IMG/VR virus record: IMGVR_UViG_3300042691_041259
Span: 64,001-128,000 of that record
DNA length: 64,000 nucleotides
Direction: 5' to 3' (one strand)
Source: a virus
Taxonomy: Duplodnaviria > Caudoviricetes
Shown here one piece after another: positions 35,156-44,072 of this stretch. How positions within the stretch are numbered: position 1 is the first letter of the stretch; each line of letters opens with the position of its first letter. The notes under the pieces are model-generated. The model saw only the letters and a program-made list of their open reading frames with translations. It made no database searches and was not told where the DNA came from. The position numbers were made by a program, and so were the translations under genes.

Positions 35156-36478
35156 TTATTTTTTATAGGCAAGTATGCTTCGGATTTGATGAAGCGGAGC
35201 AAAAATTCCAGTATACTTATAGAGCTTACCTTTGAATACAAAAGTAATTCCTTCGGTAGGTACTATACTTTCCAGTCCGCCAGCAGCTGCTACTCGAGTA
35301 AGCTCGTGTTCCAGCTTTGCTACATCTTTTTCATCACCATTAGTGCGAATAGAAGAAATCACAGAATCAATTTCTTTTCTCATAGAAGCTGCAGCAGCTG
35401 TAGGATTAGCTGACAAAAACGCACTGATGTTTTTCATCATTTCAGTTCCAACTTCCAGGAAGAGACTTTCCAACGGACCGTATACCTTTCTTTTGAGTTC
35501 TTTTCCACGGCTCTTTTCCATGTCAACAAACCAGTTAGCTCCTTCGCCCAAGTCTTTTTTCAGCTGTGCCGCAGTGTATGACTTGTCAATGTCTGCTATT
35601 CTTCGAGCCAAACCGTCCATTGAATTTTCTGGAATTTCCACTTTTGCTTTAGCAGCTTCTTCCTTCAGAATTTTCTTAGCCATGCCTAAAGCATAATCAC
35701 CAACCGTACTGTTAGAAGTAGAACCGCTTTCTGCCATAATGGAATCAAGCTTGCTCTTGTAATAGGAAGCCCGTTCCTTTGTTTTTGGAAATGGAATAGA
35801 AGCTATATCTTGCGGACCTCGAACAAAGAAAGTTTCTTGAGCAGTTGCATTAGCATCCGCCACAAGTTTTCCAAGTTCTCTACCGGCCTGCTTATCTTCA
35901 CCAATTGCGTTACCATCTGCATCGTGTTCAACTACGCCATGAAATACAAGCATATTCTGTCCATACGGAACAGTATTTTGTGTAATAGGCGTAATGACTT
36001 CAACCGAAGCAAAATTCTTTCCATCGTTAAAGTACTTCTTTTTGTCAGCTTCTGACAGTGAATTGATGGCACCAGTAAGATCTTTCATAGCCGCATTATA
36101 TGCGGTTTCAATATCACCTCGGCCCGCAAACATACTTGCGATACCCGCAGAATCCAAAGCAGCTTCTCCACCATTTTTAAGGTGAGACTTGTTACGAGCC
36201 GCAATAAGCTTCCCGTTTTTCCAAGAGATCATGATGTTTTGACCGTCGGTCTTTTCTTGAACAAAGTTCTCAGGCCCGAACGCGCCGCTAACGGTGGCCT
36301 CAATCATTTCGCGAAGGTCTGCCATCGTCAGTCCTACGTCTTCAAACGGATGACTGATATGGCCGTACGCTCCACCTTCATTTACCGCATTCCACTCTGC
36401 CCAAGAATTAGTACGGCCTTCGTAAAGCCTTACTTGTTCAAGAAATGCATTGTAGCTGTATAGTCTGTTTGTACTCAT
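35156..36478 (-). CDS. Ligase-type covalent nucleotidyltransferase (DUF6267-like) with N-terminal leader
   Basis: Motif I EKTDG (Lys76), SVEVI, LVFHGV, TEGITF, YKYTG resemble motifs I, III, IIIa, IV and V; leader ends AVNE|GGAYGH. Confidence 0.7.
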   Translation of the reverse strand: MSTNRLYSYNAFLEQVRLYEGRTNSWAEWNAVNEGGAYGHISHPFEDVGLTMADLREMIEATVSGAFGPENFVQEKTDGQNIMISWKNGKLIAARNKSHLKNGGEAALDSAGIASMFAGRGDIETAYNAAMKDLTGAINSLSEADKKKYFNDGKNFASVEVITPITQNTVPYGQNMLVFHGVVEHDADGNAIGEDKQAGRELGKLVADANATAQETFFVRGPQDIASIPFPKTKERASYYKSKLDSIMAESGSTSNSTVGDYALGMAKKILKEEAAKAKVEIPENSMDGLARRIADIDKSYTAAQLKKDLGEGANWFVDMEKSRGKELKRKVYGPLESLFLEVGTEMMKNISAFLSANPTAAAASMRKEIDSVISSIRTNGDEKDVAKLEHELTRVAAAGGLESIVPTEGITFVFKGKLYKYTGIFAPLHQIRSILAYKK

Positions 36479-36684
36479 TAGAATGTGCTGTCCATTATTA
36501 CTTTTGCGATATCATCAATTAAACCGCTTTTAGCAACATCCGCGCCTGGCTTAAGATAGTTTTCTTTCATCATATGTTCAATAATGACTGTTGCAAGAAC
36601 TTTAGCGCCTGATGGCTTATTCTTCCCTGCTACTTGTACTGCTGCTTCGGCAACAAATGTCTCAAATGATTTAGTGTAATTCAT
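36478..36684 (-). CDS. Small protein with CTS-like leader (MNYTKSFETFVAE)
   Basis: 68 aa; TAATG coupling. Confidence 0.7.
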   Translation of the reverse strand: MNYTKSFETFVAEAAVQVAGKNKPSGAKVLATVIIEHMMKENYLKPGADVAKSGLIDDIAKVIMDSTF

Positions 36685-36957
36685 TTACGGTGCTGTTTTT
36701 ACATGATCTATGAATGCTTCAAAGGCCTTTGTAAGATCCTCATACGCTTCATCAAGATTCGTAATATCTTTCTGATTAGGCACACCCGACACTGGATTGG
36801 GTTCTAGCGTTGCACGCATTGCAAGCTCTGCGGCTGCGGCTTTCGCCTTCTTTTGCAGATCAAGATATTTGTTAACATACTGCTTGAGGCGTGCCTCAGA
36901 AGGACTCGCCTCGTTGATTCCGTTTTCAAATTCTGAAAAGTTCATCTTATTTGGCAT
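36685..36957 (-). CDS. Small helical protein with CTS-like leader (MNFSEF..INE)
   Basis: 90 aa; abuts the next gene. Confidence 0.6.
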   Translation of the reverse strand: MPNKMNFSEFENGINEASPSEARLKQYVNKYLDLQKKAKAAAAELAMRATLEPNPVSGVPNQKDITNLDEAYEDLTKAFEAFIDHVKTAP

Positions 36958-37375
36958 CTTTTTCAGTATCGATTTCGCCTTCCTTGTTTACTTCTTCTCC
37001 CTGCTCTTCTTCTTTCTTAGGCTTAGCATCTTTTACTTCTTCACCGCCTTCTTGCGCGTCTTCAGCAGCAGGGAGTTTTTCAGTTTCTTTAGCATCTTTA
37101 GCAGCAGGAATTTCAGCTTCTTTAACACCAGCTTCATCTTTTTCTTTTTCAACTTTGTCTTTTGCCGCAGGCTTAACACCTTTGCCAGCATCCCAGTCAG
37201 CTGCAATCTCATTGAAGAACTCTTTCTTCTTCTCGTCGTCCAAGTCAGCAGGAGATTCTACTCCGTACTTTGCAAGTTTTGCTTGGAAATAGTCTTGGTA
37301 AGACTTTTGCAGCTCTGATTTTTTAGCATCTTCGGCTTCGCGGATTGAACCAATCCATTCACTAAATTTTTTCAT
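36947..37375 (-). CDS. Acidic internal-head-type protein with leader MKKFSEW..IRE
   Basis: YQDYFQAKLAKYGVESPADLDDEKKKEFFNEI helical module followed by an E/K/A-rich tail with PAAKD repeats. Confidence 0.65.
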   Translation of the reverse strand: MKKFSEWIGSIREAEDAKKSELQKSYQDYFQAKLAKYGVESPADLDDEKKKEFFNEIAADWDAGKGVKPAAKDKVEKEKDEAGVKEAEIPAAKDAKETEKLPAAEDAQEGGEEVKDAKPKKEEEQGEEVNKEGEIDTEKDAK

Positions 37376-37384
37376 TGTTCTATT

Positions 37385-38209
37385 TTATTTTATGTTTTCT
37401 TTTTTCTTTTGGAGCTTTTTAATCTCATCATTTATGCTCTGAATTGCAGACATAGCTTTTTTAGCCCCCGGATCGCTTGAATCACCTCCGTATTCATCCT
37501 CAATTTTTTTATTGAGAGACTTTTGTTTTTGCATCAGCGAATTTATCTTATCATCAATTTCTTGAACTTTATCGCTAACGCTACTTTCTTCATCTTTTTT
37601 CTTTACAAAGAAAATAGTATTTCCTTTAGGAGTATTTATAGGACCTGAACTATCATACTTTTTAGGGTCGGGAACTTCTGGACCGCCCTCCCCGGGCTTG
37701 TATTGATACATGCCCGCATCCTTTGCTTGCTTGACAGCTTTATCATAAATTTCCTTTGTTTTCTCGCTACTCATTATCCAGTATTCTTTTTTACCATCTG
37801 GATTAACGACTGACGCAGTTTTTGGGAACCCTTCAGAATCAGCTTCTTCGTATCGATCCTGGTCGGTTTTTACAAAGCCTTTAGATTCCAAATCTTCTTT
37901 TTTCTTTGCATAGTCCTCTTTTGCCTGTTCGGCCTTATCTTTTAGCAGATCTACCTGTTTTTGAATAATTTCCTTTTTCTTTGTGGAACCTTCCCCTTCA
38001 ACATCTTTCTTGGCACCTATTAAAGCTTTGATTTTGTCTCGTATAGCAGAAAGCAGTCCTTCATTCATGCATTCATCAATATTAACAAATTCAATAATCT
38101 CTTCTTCTGTTAAAGAATTAAATACATCAGAATTTTCTACTTCCAGCGTAAAACTTTTAATAGATTCTTTTAGAGCAAATTGCTCAAATTTCATAATACG
38201 AGTTTTCAT
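37385..38209 (-). CDS. Charged coiled-coil protein with leader MKTRIMKFEQF..KE
   Basis: 274 aa, K/E/D-rich; further candidate sites LTEE and MNE|G. Confidence 0.6.
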   Translation of the reverse strand: MKTRIMKFEQFALKESIKSFTLEVENSDVFNSLTEEEIIEFVNIDECMNEGLLSAIRDKIKALIGAKKDVEGEGSTKKKEIIQKQVDLLKDKAEQAKEDYAKKKEDLESKGFVKTDQDRYEEADSEGFPKTASVVNPDGKKEYWIMSSEKTKEIYDKAVKQAKDAGMYQYKPGEGGPEVPDPKKYDSSGPINTPKGNTIFFVKKKDEESSVSDKVQEIDDKINSLMQKQKSLNKKIEDEYGGDSSDPGAKKAMSAIQSINDEIKKLQKKKENIK

Positions 38210-38223
38210 TTTTCTTATTTTTT

Positions 38224-38610
38224 TTATGACATTCCGTAGATGTTCTGGAATTTTCCGTAGTATTTATCCAACTCCTCACTAAGTATTTTGGTAACAGCTT
38301 CCTGACCCATTCCTACCGCATCGGCAAGCTTCTTGATGATATCTTCATCAATACGAAGTTTTTTGTCCATTGCATGAACAAAGGTAGTAACACACTGGTT
38401 AATGAGAGTTTCTAACTGCTTATCGCCTTCGGCTTTAGGCCAAAATATGTCAAGCAGATGAGATCTGAGTCCATCTAAAGTGGGGTCTGCGTGGTTAACT
38501 CCCGATGCTACGGGATTGTTAGTCATGGGAAGATCGTGAGACTTGGAACTCTTTGCGTTTCCTGCTCCTCTTGCATAACCCTCGTTAAGAAATTCTTTGA
38601 AAGACTTCAT
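38224..38610 (-). CDS. Protein with T4-like CTS (MKSFKEFLNE)
   Basis: Ten-residue leader nearly identical in pattern to MKTYQEFIAE; GATATATAG at 38627-38635 heads the block. Confidence 0.75.
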   Translation of the reverse strand: MKSFKEFLNEGYARGAGNAKSSKSHDLPMTNNPVASGVNHADPTLDGLRSHLLDIFWPKAEGDKQLETLINQCVTTFVHAMDKKLRIDEDIIKKLADAVGMGQEAVTKILSEELDKYYGKFQNIYGMS

Positions 38611-38637
38611 TTACCGGATATTTATGCTATATATCCG

Positions 38638-40167
38638 TTAGAAAGAAACTTTATAGAGCTTATAGGGGAACCCTTGCTGTTTGTAGATTTTCATACGATC
38701 TTCTCCGTGCTTCATCAAATAGTTTTTATTCTTGGAACCGATAGAAAAGTCGTCCACAAAGTCAATGATATTTACCTTTTCCTTTCCTTCATACAGACGC
38801 ATTCCTCGACCGATTGATTGACGAACAATCTTTTCGCTTTTGTAAGATTCCACAAAGAAAACGTTGTGAATGTTATTGATGGAAATACCCGTTGAAAATG
38901 TTCCAAAGGAAGCAACCATAATTTTATTGGTTCCCTCTTCCATTCTTTTAATATAGTCTTCTCGCATATCTGGAGGAGTACTGCCATCTACATAAAATAC
39001 TTCTTTATCGGCGGTATGCTCTCGAATATAGTCATAGATTCTTCTTCCATATTGATCTTTTACATTCTGGAAAAGGACCAAGGAATTCTTGGTAGTTTTG
39101 CAAATAAAGTTACATACGTATAGGAATCGCGGACGGTTTTCTACCACCATCCGTTTCTCAATTTCTAGCAATTTAGCTCCATCAAGATCCCCGCTGTTCT
39201 TCTGTTCTCGTAATGACTCAAGTTTTTCTCGCACATCATGGTCCATATAGTCCATTTGTACAATCTTTACCTGTATTGGAGTGGCGTACTTATTTTCGGT
39301 AAGGAATGAGGCGCTAATGTTATTTACTTGCGGACCCAGGTATGCTTGAATGGTAAGAGCTTCAGTACTCCCGTTTTGTAGCATAGTTCCTGATAGGCCA
39401 ACCGCATAGGTAGCATCCATACAGTTTACCAAGATCTTTTTAATAGAACTTGCATTGGTATGATGCGCTTCATCCACAAGGACTGCGTCAATGCCTTCAA
39501 AGAAATAAAGCTCGCGCTTTACCAGTGATTGATATGTTCCTATAATGAGTTCTACGTCTTTCTTGGTTTTATCAGTACCTCCATGAATAAGCTGGGTAAC
39601 AAATTCCAGCTTTTTATTATTGTACAGCTCAAAGTCCTCGTTGGTCTGTAGAATCAAATTTGTATTAGGAACTACAATCATTAGACGGCTAGCTTTTCTG
39701 CGATCAATCATATATGCAAAAAGCATAAACATAATCAAGGTCTTTCCAGCAGAAGTCGCAATTTCACTAATGCTCCGTCGATATTTAAGGATTGGAATGC
39801 ACGCATCTACTTGATAGTCGCGAGGCTTAATTTTTGGATGGTCACTAAAGAATTCTGACACCCATGATCGAAAGTCTGCTTCATCAAAATCATTGTCAAT
39901 TACGCCTTCAAATCCTGCCACTTCAAGCTTAAAGCTATACTTATGGCATGTCTCCTTTAATTCATTCCAAAGCCCAACCGGGATTCGGTTGTAACGGTCA
40001 ATAAAAGATATGTAGCCATCCCATACCTTCTTTTTTACTAGCGGATGGAACCGCCAATTACTAATGCGTTTTTTAAAGGAGTGACGGATTTGATCCATCT
40101 CCAGTTCCGTGGCATCAGTTATCTGTATGAAACGTTTGTCTTGAGTTACTTCGGCTTTCACTTCCAT
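38638..40167 (-). CDS. uvsW: SF2 DNA helicase (UvsW-like)
   Basis: PRDYQ, IATSAGKT, VDEAH, GLSGT, STGISI, QSIGRGMR. Confidence 0.9.
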   Translation of the reverse strand: MEVKAEVTQDKRFIQITDATELEMDQIRHSFKKRISNWRFHPLVKKKVWDGYISFIDRYNRIPVGLWNELKETCHKYSFKLEVAGFEGVIDNDFDEADFRSWVSEFFSDHPKIKPRDYQVDACIPILKYRRSISEIATSAGKTLIMFMLFAYMIDRRKASRLMIVVPNTNLILQTNEDFELYNNKKLEFVTQLIHGGTDKTKKDVELIIGTYQSLVKRELYFFEGIDAVLVDEAHHTNASSIKKILVNCMDATYAVGLSGTMLQNGSTEALTIQAYLGPQVNNISASFLTENKYATPIQVKIVQMDYMDHDVREKLESLREQKNSGDLDGAKLLEIEKRMVVENRPRFLYVCNFICKTTKNSLVLFQNVKDQYGRRIYDYIREHTADKEVFYVDGSTPPDMREDYIKRMEEGTNKIMVASFGTFSTGISINNIHNVFFVESYKSEKIVRQSIGRGMRLYEGKEKVNIIDFVDDFSIGSKNKNYLMKHGEDRMKIYKQQGFPYKLYKVSF

Positions 40168-40169
40168 TT

Positions 40170-40949
40170 CTAGTCATTTTTAGAGTCTTTAAGGTTCTTG
40201 AGGTATTCAATGATAGGTTTTTTATTCCAGTTTTTGTGATAGTTCTCGCAAAGAAGCCGAAAATTTTCACGTTCATTGAGCAGATCAGTTCCTTCTAACA
40301 CTATTTTCTGTACTCCTTCTGGATAGGAAATCCACACTTCGGCTCTTTTTACCTTTCGGCCGGTTCTTTCTTCGTATGCAATGGAGTACGCGCCTAACTG
40401 CTTACGATATTTTTTAACTTGGTCTTCGCCTCTTGGAGAGCTTGCGCTTTTAAAGTCTCCCAGAATATCTCCATCTTCAATTTCTTCAATATACCCAAAG
40501 TCTGCCGTACCTGCAAACATACATTCATGAGACCATAAAAACTTTTCCGAAAACAGCGGTCTTTTCATCTGCTGAAACAGTTCGGATTCCAACATATTGT
40601 AAAAGAGGTCACGGCCTTTTGCAATAGTTCTCTCCTCGTATTTTCCTGCAAGCTCTTTAGAAGTTTTCTTTTGTGTGTATAAAAGGCATGCATCGCTTTT
40701 ACCATGGTAACCCATACAAATAAGGTAATTTTCCAGGAAAGTATGCATCACAGTTCCACGGTTAGCTGCATTGGAAGAAATACGTGCAAGTTCTTCAGCT
40801 CCAATATCCTCTGAAAGCTTTTCCAGCCAGGGCTGTGGCTCAGAAGAAAGCACAGTTGTTACTGATGGGTAGATGCGAATGTCTTCGCCATCCCGTACCA
40901 TGTAAACTCTCCCATGAGGAGTATCGACTCTTTTTATGTTTGCGTTCAT
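40170..40949 (-). CDS. PD-(D/E)xK exonuclease
   Basis: YPSVTTVL, RGTVMH, AGTAD, GDFKS, QLGAY. Confidence 0.85.
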   Translation of the reverse strand: MNANIKRVDTPHGRVYMVRDGEDIRIYPSVTTVLSSEPQPWLEKLSEDIGAEELARISSNAANRGTVMHTFLENYLICMGYHGKSDACLLYTQKKTSKELAGKYEERTIAKGRDLFYNMLESELFQQMKRPLFSEKFLWSHECMFAGTADFGYIEEIEDGDILGDFKSASSPRGEDQVKKYRKQLGAYSIAYEERTGRKVKRAEVWISYPEGVQKIVLEGTDLLNERENFRLLCENYHKNWNKKPIIEYLKNLKDSKND

Positions 40950-41407
40950 CCTCTTCGGTATTCTTCTAAAGCTATTCGATGTTTTACTCCATAACAGATA
41001 GTGTCTATGCTTCTGAGTGTTTCCCTCATATAATCCAAATGATTTTGTAGCAGCTCTCGTCTTTCTACAATATCTGCAAGGTCAACATCAATAAACAACA
41101 TCTTTGGATCCTTATCTAGCCTTAGATCGTAATTTTGAGTATAGTGCAAGTATCTTTCCCGCTTTCTCTCTCGGTAGATTCGATTCAGTTTTGAAGAATG
41201 AGCAACAAGCTCGTGTACATAGTCTCCAGCAATCTGTCTTTGACTATATAGGTCTGTAAGAAGCTCTGCTACATCATAAATGTTTTTCAGTCTCTCAGTA
41301 AGAGAACTTACTTTGGTAGTCCACTCTTCTCGTTCTGTCGCAAACCTTTGGTAAAGGCTGTCGTTCTTAGAAGAGGCTTCCTGCACCGTTGTCTTTTCTT
41401 CTGACAT
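40946..41407 (-). CDS. Helical protein, probable UvsY-like recombination mediator
   Basis: 153-aa all-helical protein next to UvsW and the exonuclease; FIDVDLADIVERRELL...YMRETLRSI..ICYGVK. Confidence 0.5.
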   Translation of the reverse strand: MSEEKTTVQEASSKNDSLYQRFATEREEWTTKVSSLTERLKNIYDVAELLTDLYSQRQIAGDYVHELVAHSSKLNRIYRERKRERYLHYTQNYDLRLDKDPKMLFIDVDLADIVERRELLQNHLDYMRETLRSIDTICYGVKHRIALEEYRRG

Positions 41408-41558
41408 ACACGTTATTTTTAGTAGACTTCAATCGTGGTTGTTCCGCCACAAAATCGGTCAGAGTATTTATTTCAGGCAAATTTGTTTGAAAAAATGCCA
41501 GGCCTTTCAGCTTTATCGGAGCTTCCAACCAAATCTGCTCAGATCCAATATGCGTCAT
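41367..41558 (-). CDS. Small hypothetical protein
   Basis: MTHIGSEQIW... fills the primase/UvsY gap; start uncertain. Confidence 0.4.
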   Translation of the reverse strand: MTHIGSEQIWLEAPIKLKGLAFFQTNLPEINTLTDFVAEQPRLKSTKNNVYVRRKDNGAGSLF

Positions 41559-42621
41559 ACTTATTGGTTGAGAAGAAGTCTCCGAATCTTGGGAGGCTGA
41601 TTTGTTTTCGTTTTGCATAAACTATCAGGTCGGTCAAGTCTATTTTTTTGTTGCCGTATGGTATTTTAGCGGTATCCAAGTACTTTTTCCACAAGAACAC
41701 TGGATAGCCTACTAGAAGCTTTTCCATTGAAGCCTCTCTGCCTGCGGCATCGTAGTCGTACATATACCGAACGCTTCCCATTTCAAGAGGAAAGTCAATC
41801 TTGGAAGAACATGTTGCGACAGCATTTTTAAAGAGGAAGCTATCCAGCGGGCCTTCAAATACCGTAATAGGTTGTTTAAAGTCAAGCTGAAGTATTCCAA
41901 AAGTAGTAGATATTTTGTCAATTTCCAATACATCCTCGGTAGGTTGAACACCTAAGTCTTCATAAATACGCGAAAGCTTCCAGGTCATATACTTGGGAGT
42001 TGACTTGAAATTACGTACCTGAAAACCTAATGCCCGGTCTGTCCCGGGAACCATGTGGTAAATGTAGAGCTTTTCCTTTTCGGAATCCCAAGAAAACTTG
42101 GTAAACTCCGGCTGACATCTTTTCTTTAGATACTGAAAAATACGAGCATTGTCTACTGGAACTGCTCCATAAAATTCATCCAGTGCCGAACGGCTGAGAG
42201 AAACTTTTTCAATTAGACCTTTATCAAGAAAAACAAAAGGATCAATTGATTTTGTACTAGGAGCAAATTCTTGTTGCTGGCTCTGGATGTAAATGATTTC
42301 ATTAGTGTCCAGCTGTTTAGAAAAGTCTTTGAATAATCCACGGACTGTGGTATGCTTTCCACAGTTATAGCAGTGATAGCCAAAGTTTTCCGTGTAGATA
42401 TTACCACGCTTTTTGTGGAGTTCGCTATACGAATCACCACAATAAGGGCATGCAAAATTAAGTCTTCCGACTTTCTCAGAAATTCTCCTTTTCTCGTGCT
42501 CCGGGAAGCGGCTATCTAAAATTTCTTGAAGAAGCTTTTGAATCTTTGCATTGAGCTCAGTCGGATCAACTTCCTTGGAATTAAAAGAAAAGGAGAATGA
42601 GTCAAACTCATTCTCCTTCAT
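41539..42621 (-). CDS. DNA primase (T4 gp61-like)
   Basis: Zinc finger CPYCGD...HCYNC, TOPRIM VFEGPLDS and YDYD. Start moved to MKENEF (42621), below the promoter motif at 42631-42655. Confidence 0.88.
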   Translation of the reverse strand: MKENEFDSFSFSFNSKEVDPTELNAKIQKLLQEILDSRFPEHEKRRISEKVGRLNFACPYCGDSYSELHKKRGNIYTENFGYHCYNCGKHTTVRGLFKDFSKQLDTNEIIYIQSQQQEFAPSTKSIDPFVFLDKGLIEKVSLSRSALDEFYGAVPVDNARIFQYLKKRCQPEFTKFSWDSEKEKLYIYHMVPGTDRALGFQVRNFKSTPKYMTWKLSRIYEDLGVQPTEDVLEIDKISTTFGILQLDFKQPITVFEGPLDSFLFKNAVATCSSKIDFPLEMGSVRYMYDYDAAGREASMEKLLVGYPVFLWKKYLDTAKIPYGNKKIDLTDLIVYAKRKQISLPRFGDFFSTNKYDAYWI

Positions 42622-42634
42622 TGTTGGGTTTATA

Positions 42635-43567
42635 TTAGAGTGAGTCGAATAGTTCATCATCAAAAGACTTACTGTCGAAATCATCTAGATTCAAGTCCGC
42701 CAAACCATCTCCGGTTGAAGAACTGATACTCGGAAGAGAATCAGATTTTTCTACCTGTGCAGTTGTTGTTGGAGCTTTTGCTACAGATTCACGATTAGTC
42801 TTTTCCGCGCTTGCGATGACTCTGCCACCAGGAACCGTGTTACGAATTACTTCATTTACAAAGTCCTCAGTTCCTTGATCCCAGTCTTGGTAATCATAAG
42901 AAGAAAGATCTGGTGATTGATCCAAGAAAGATTTGATCTTGCCCATATCATCGGCAGTCTTTTCCATTGCCTTACCATCCAAATTTACCGGCATTCTTTC
43001 ATCCAAGAATCGGCAGTTGTCGTAGTTATTGTAACCCGCAACCTTTGTAATGTGTACCAGGAAAGGCTTACCTTCAAACAAGTCAAAAGGAATATGTGGC
43101 TTACCAAACTCAGGCTTCATTTCTGCTTGAAGTTTGTTAAAGATCTTTACGCCATACGGCCATACCATAATCTTTCCTACGTTGTCAGGATTGTTATCGT
43201 CCTTCACAATTTGTACAAGTGAAGCGAAACGCTGACGGCGAGAAAAGTTTTCCGCCATTTTCTGTTCGGCAACAGAATCAGATTTTTTAAACTTCCAGAA
43301 CATATCCTGGAGGATTGATTTTTTACCGACTGTTGAAGGGCAATCTACCATTTTAGCCTCGTCATTGGCAGGATTAACCAACCAGCATGACCACTTTTTC
43401 ATGATAGATTTTTTAGGATCTTTGTGCCAAGGCAAGAATCGAACTACTGCCTTGTAAACGCCATCGCGACCTGCATTTGCATCAGGTTTAAAGATGTTTG
43501 ATTGTCTTTTTTCTTCAACTTTAAAGTCGTCTACTGAAAGGTTGAAAATGTCATTGAGATTTTCCAT
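42635..43567 (-). CDS. Single-stranded DNA-binding protein (T4 gp32-like)
   Basis: AVVRFLP, DCPSTVG, GKIMVWPYGVKIFNK, PFDLFEG, YNNYD, acidic tail DDELFDSL. Confidence 0.85.
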   Translation of the reverse strand: MENLNDIFNLSVDDFKVEEKRQSNIFKPDANAGRDGVYKAVVRFLPWHKDPKKSIMKKWSCWLVNPANDEAKMVDCPSTVGKKSILQDMFWKFKKSDSVAEQKMAENFSRRQRFASLVQIVKDDNNPDNVGKIMVWPYGVKIFNKLQAEMKPEFGKPHIPFDLFEGKPFLVHITKVAGYNNYDNCRFLDERMPVNLDGKAMEKTADDMGKIKSFLDQSPDLSSYDYQDWDQGTEDFVNEVIRNTVPGGRVIASAEKTNRESVAKAPTTTAQVEKSDSLPSISSSTGDGLADLNLDDFDSKSFDDELFDSL

Positions 43568-43614
43568 TTGTTTTTTAGTGATTTTAAGTTACTTTGAGGG
43601 ATTTATTTGATTTT

Positions 43615-43640
43615 TATATTCATCAGGGATAAAAGGTTTC
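43615..43640 (-). promoter_or_regulatory. Bipartite phage promoter motif upstream of gp32
   Basis: Reads GAAACCTTTTATCCCTGATGAATATA on the minus strand; 15-nt spacing. Confidence 0.65.
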
Positions 43641-43928
43641 CGTCCTATTTTCACTTGCCCACGTAGAGGCAATTCTTTTTAGTTCGGTTATTTCTATTCC
43701 AGACTTTTCTGATAGATTGATAAACCATTGAGATTCTGCTTTCCGTGTGTCTTCTAGTTCTTTCACAATGTCTCCTTGAAGAGCAATCACTTTCTGTACG
43801 TGATCTTCTAAATTCTTCAGCTCTGCATAGAGCTGATCATATTTGTTGACAAAATTGGCAATAGTTTCAAAATCATCCTTTTGAAACGGCTGCCCATTCT
43901 TCAACTCGATAGAGCTTTCTGAAATCAT
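43623..43928 (-). CDS. Small coiled-coil hypothetical protein
   Basis: 101-aa helical ORF. Confidence 0.6.
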   Translation of the reverse strand: MISESSIELKNGQPFQKDDFETIANFVNKYDQLYAELKNLEDHVQKVIALQGDIVKELEDTRKAESQWFINLSEKSGIEITELKRIASTWASENRTETFYP

Positions 43929-44061
43929 CGATGTTTAGTCCTTTTAGAGTTGCGAAAGATTGCTCAGCCCATTCCAGGCTTTCGCTTCTTAATTTTGCGA
44001 TCTTTTCCTTTGCCGGGTCAGATGCTTGATAAAAGTAATATGTTGTTATTGTATCTTCCAT
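43873..44061 (-). CDS. Small hypothetical protein
   Basis: Start MEDTITT (44061) lies directly below the promoter motif at 44068-44093. Confidence 0.55.
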   Translation of the reverse strand: MEDTITTYYFYQASDPAKEKIAKLRSESLEWAEQSFATLKGLNIDDFRKLYRVEEWAAVSKG

Positions 44062-44072
44062 ATCGTTTATAT

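Noticed and set aside
36951-37292. Ser/Ala/Phe-rich plus-strand ORFs (36797-37318, 36951-37292)
   Set aside because: They are the reverse complement of the E/K/A low-complexity tail of 36947-37375.
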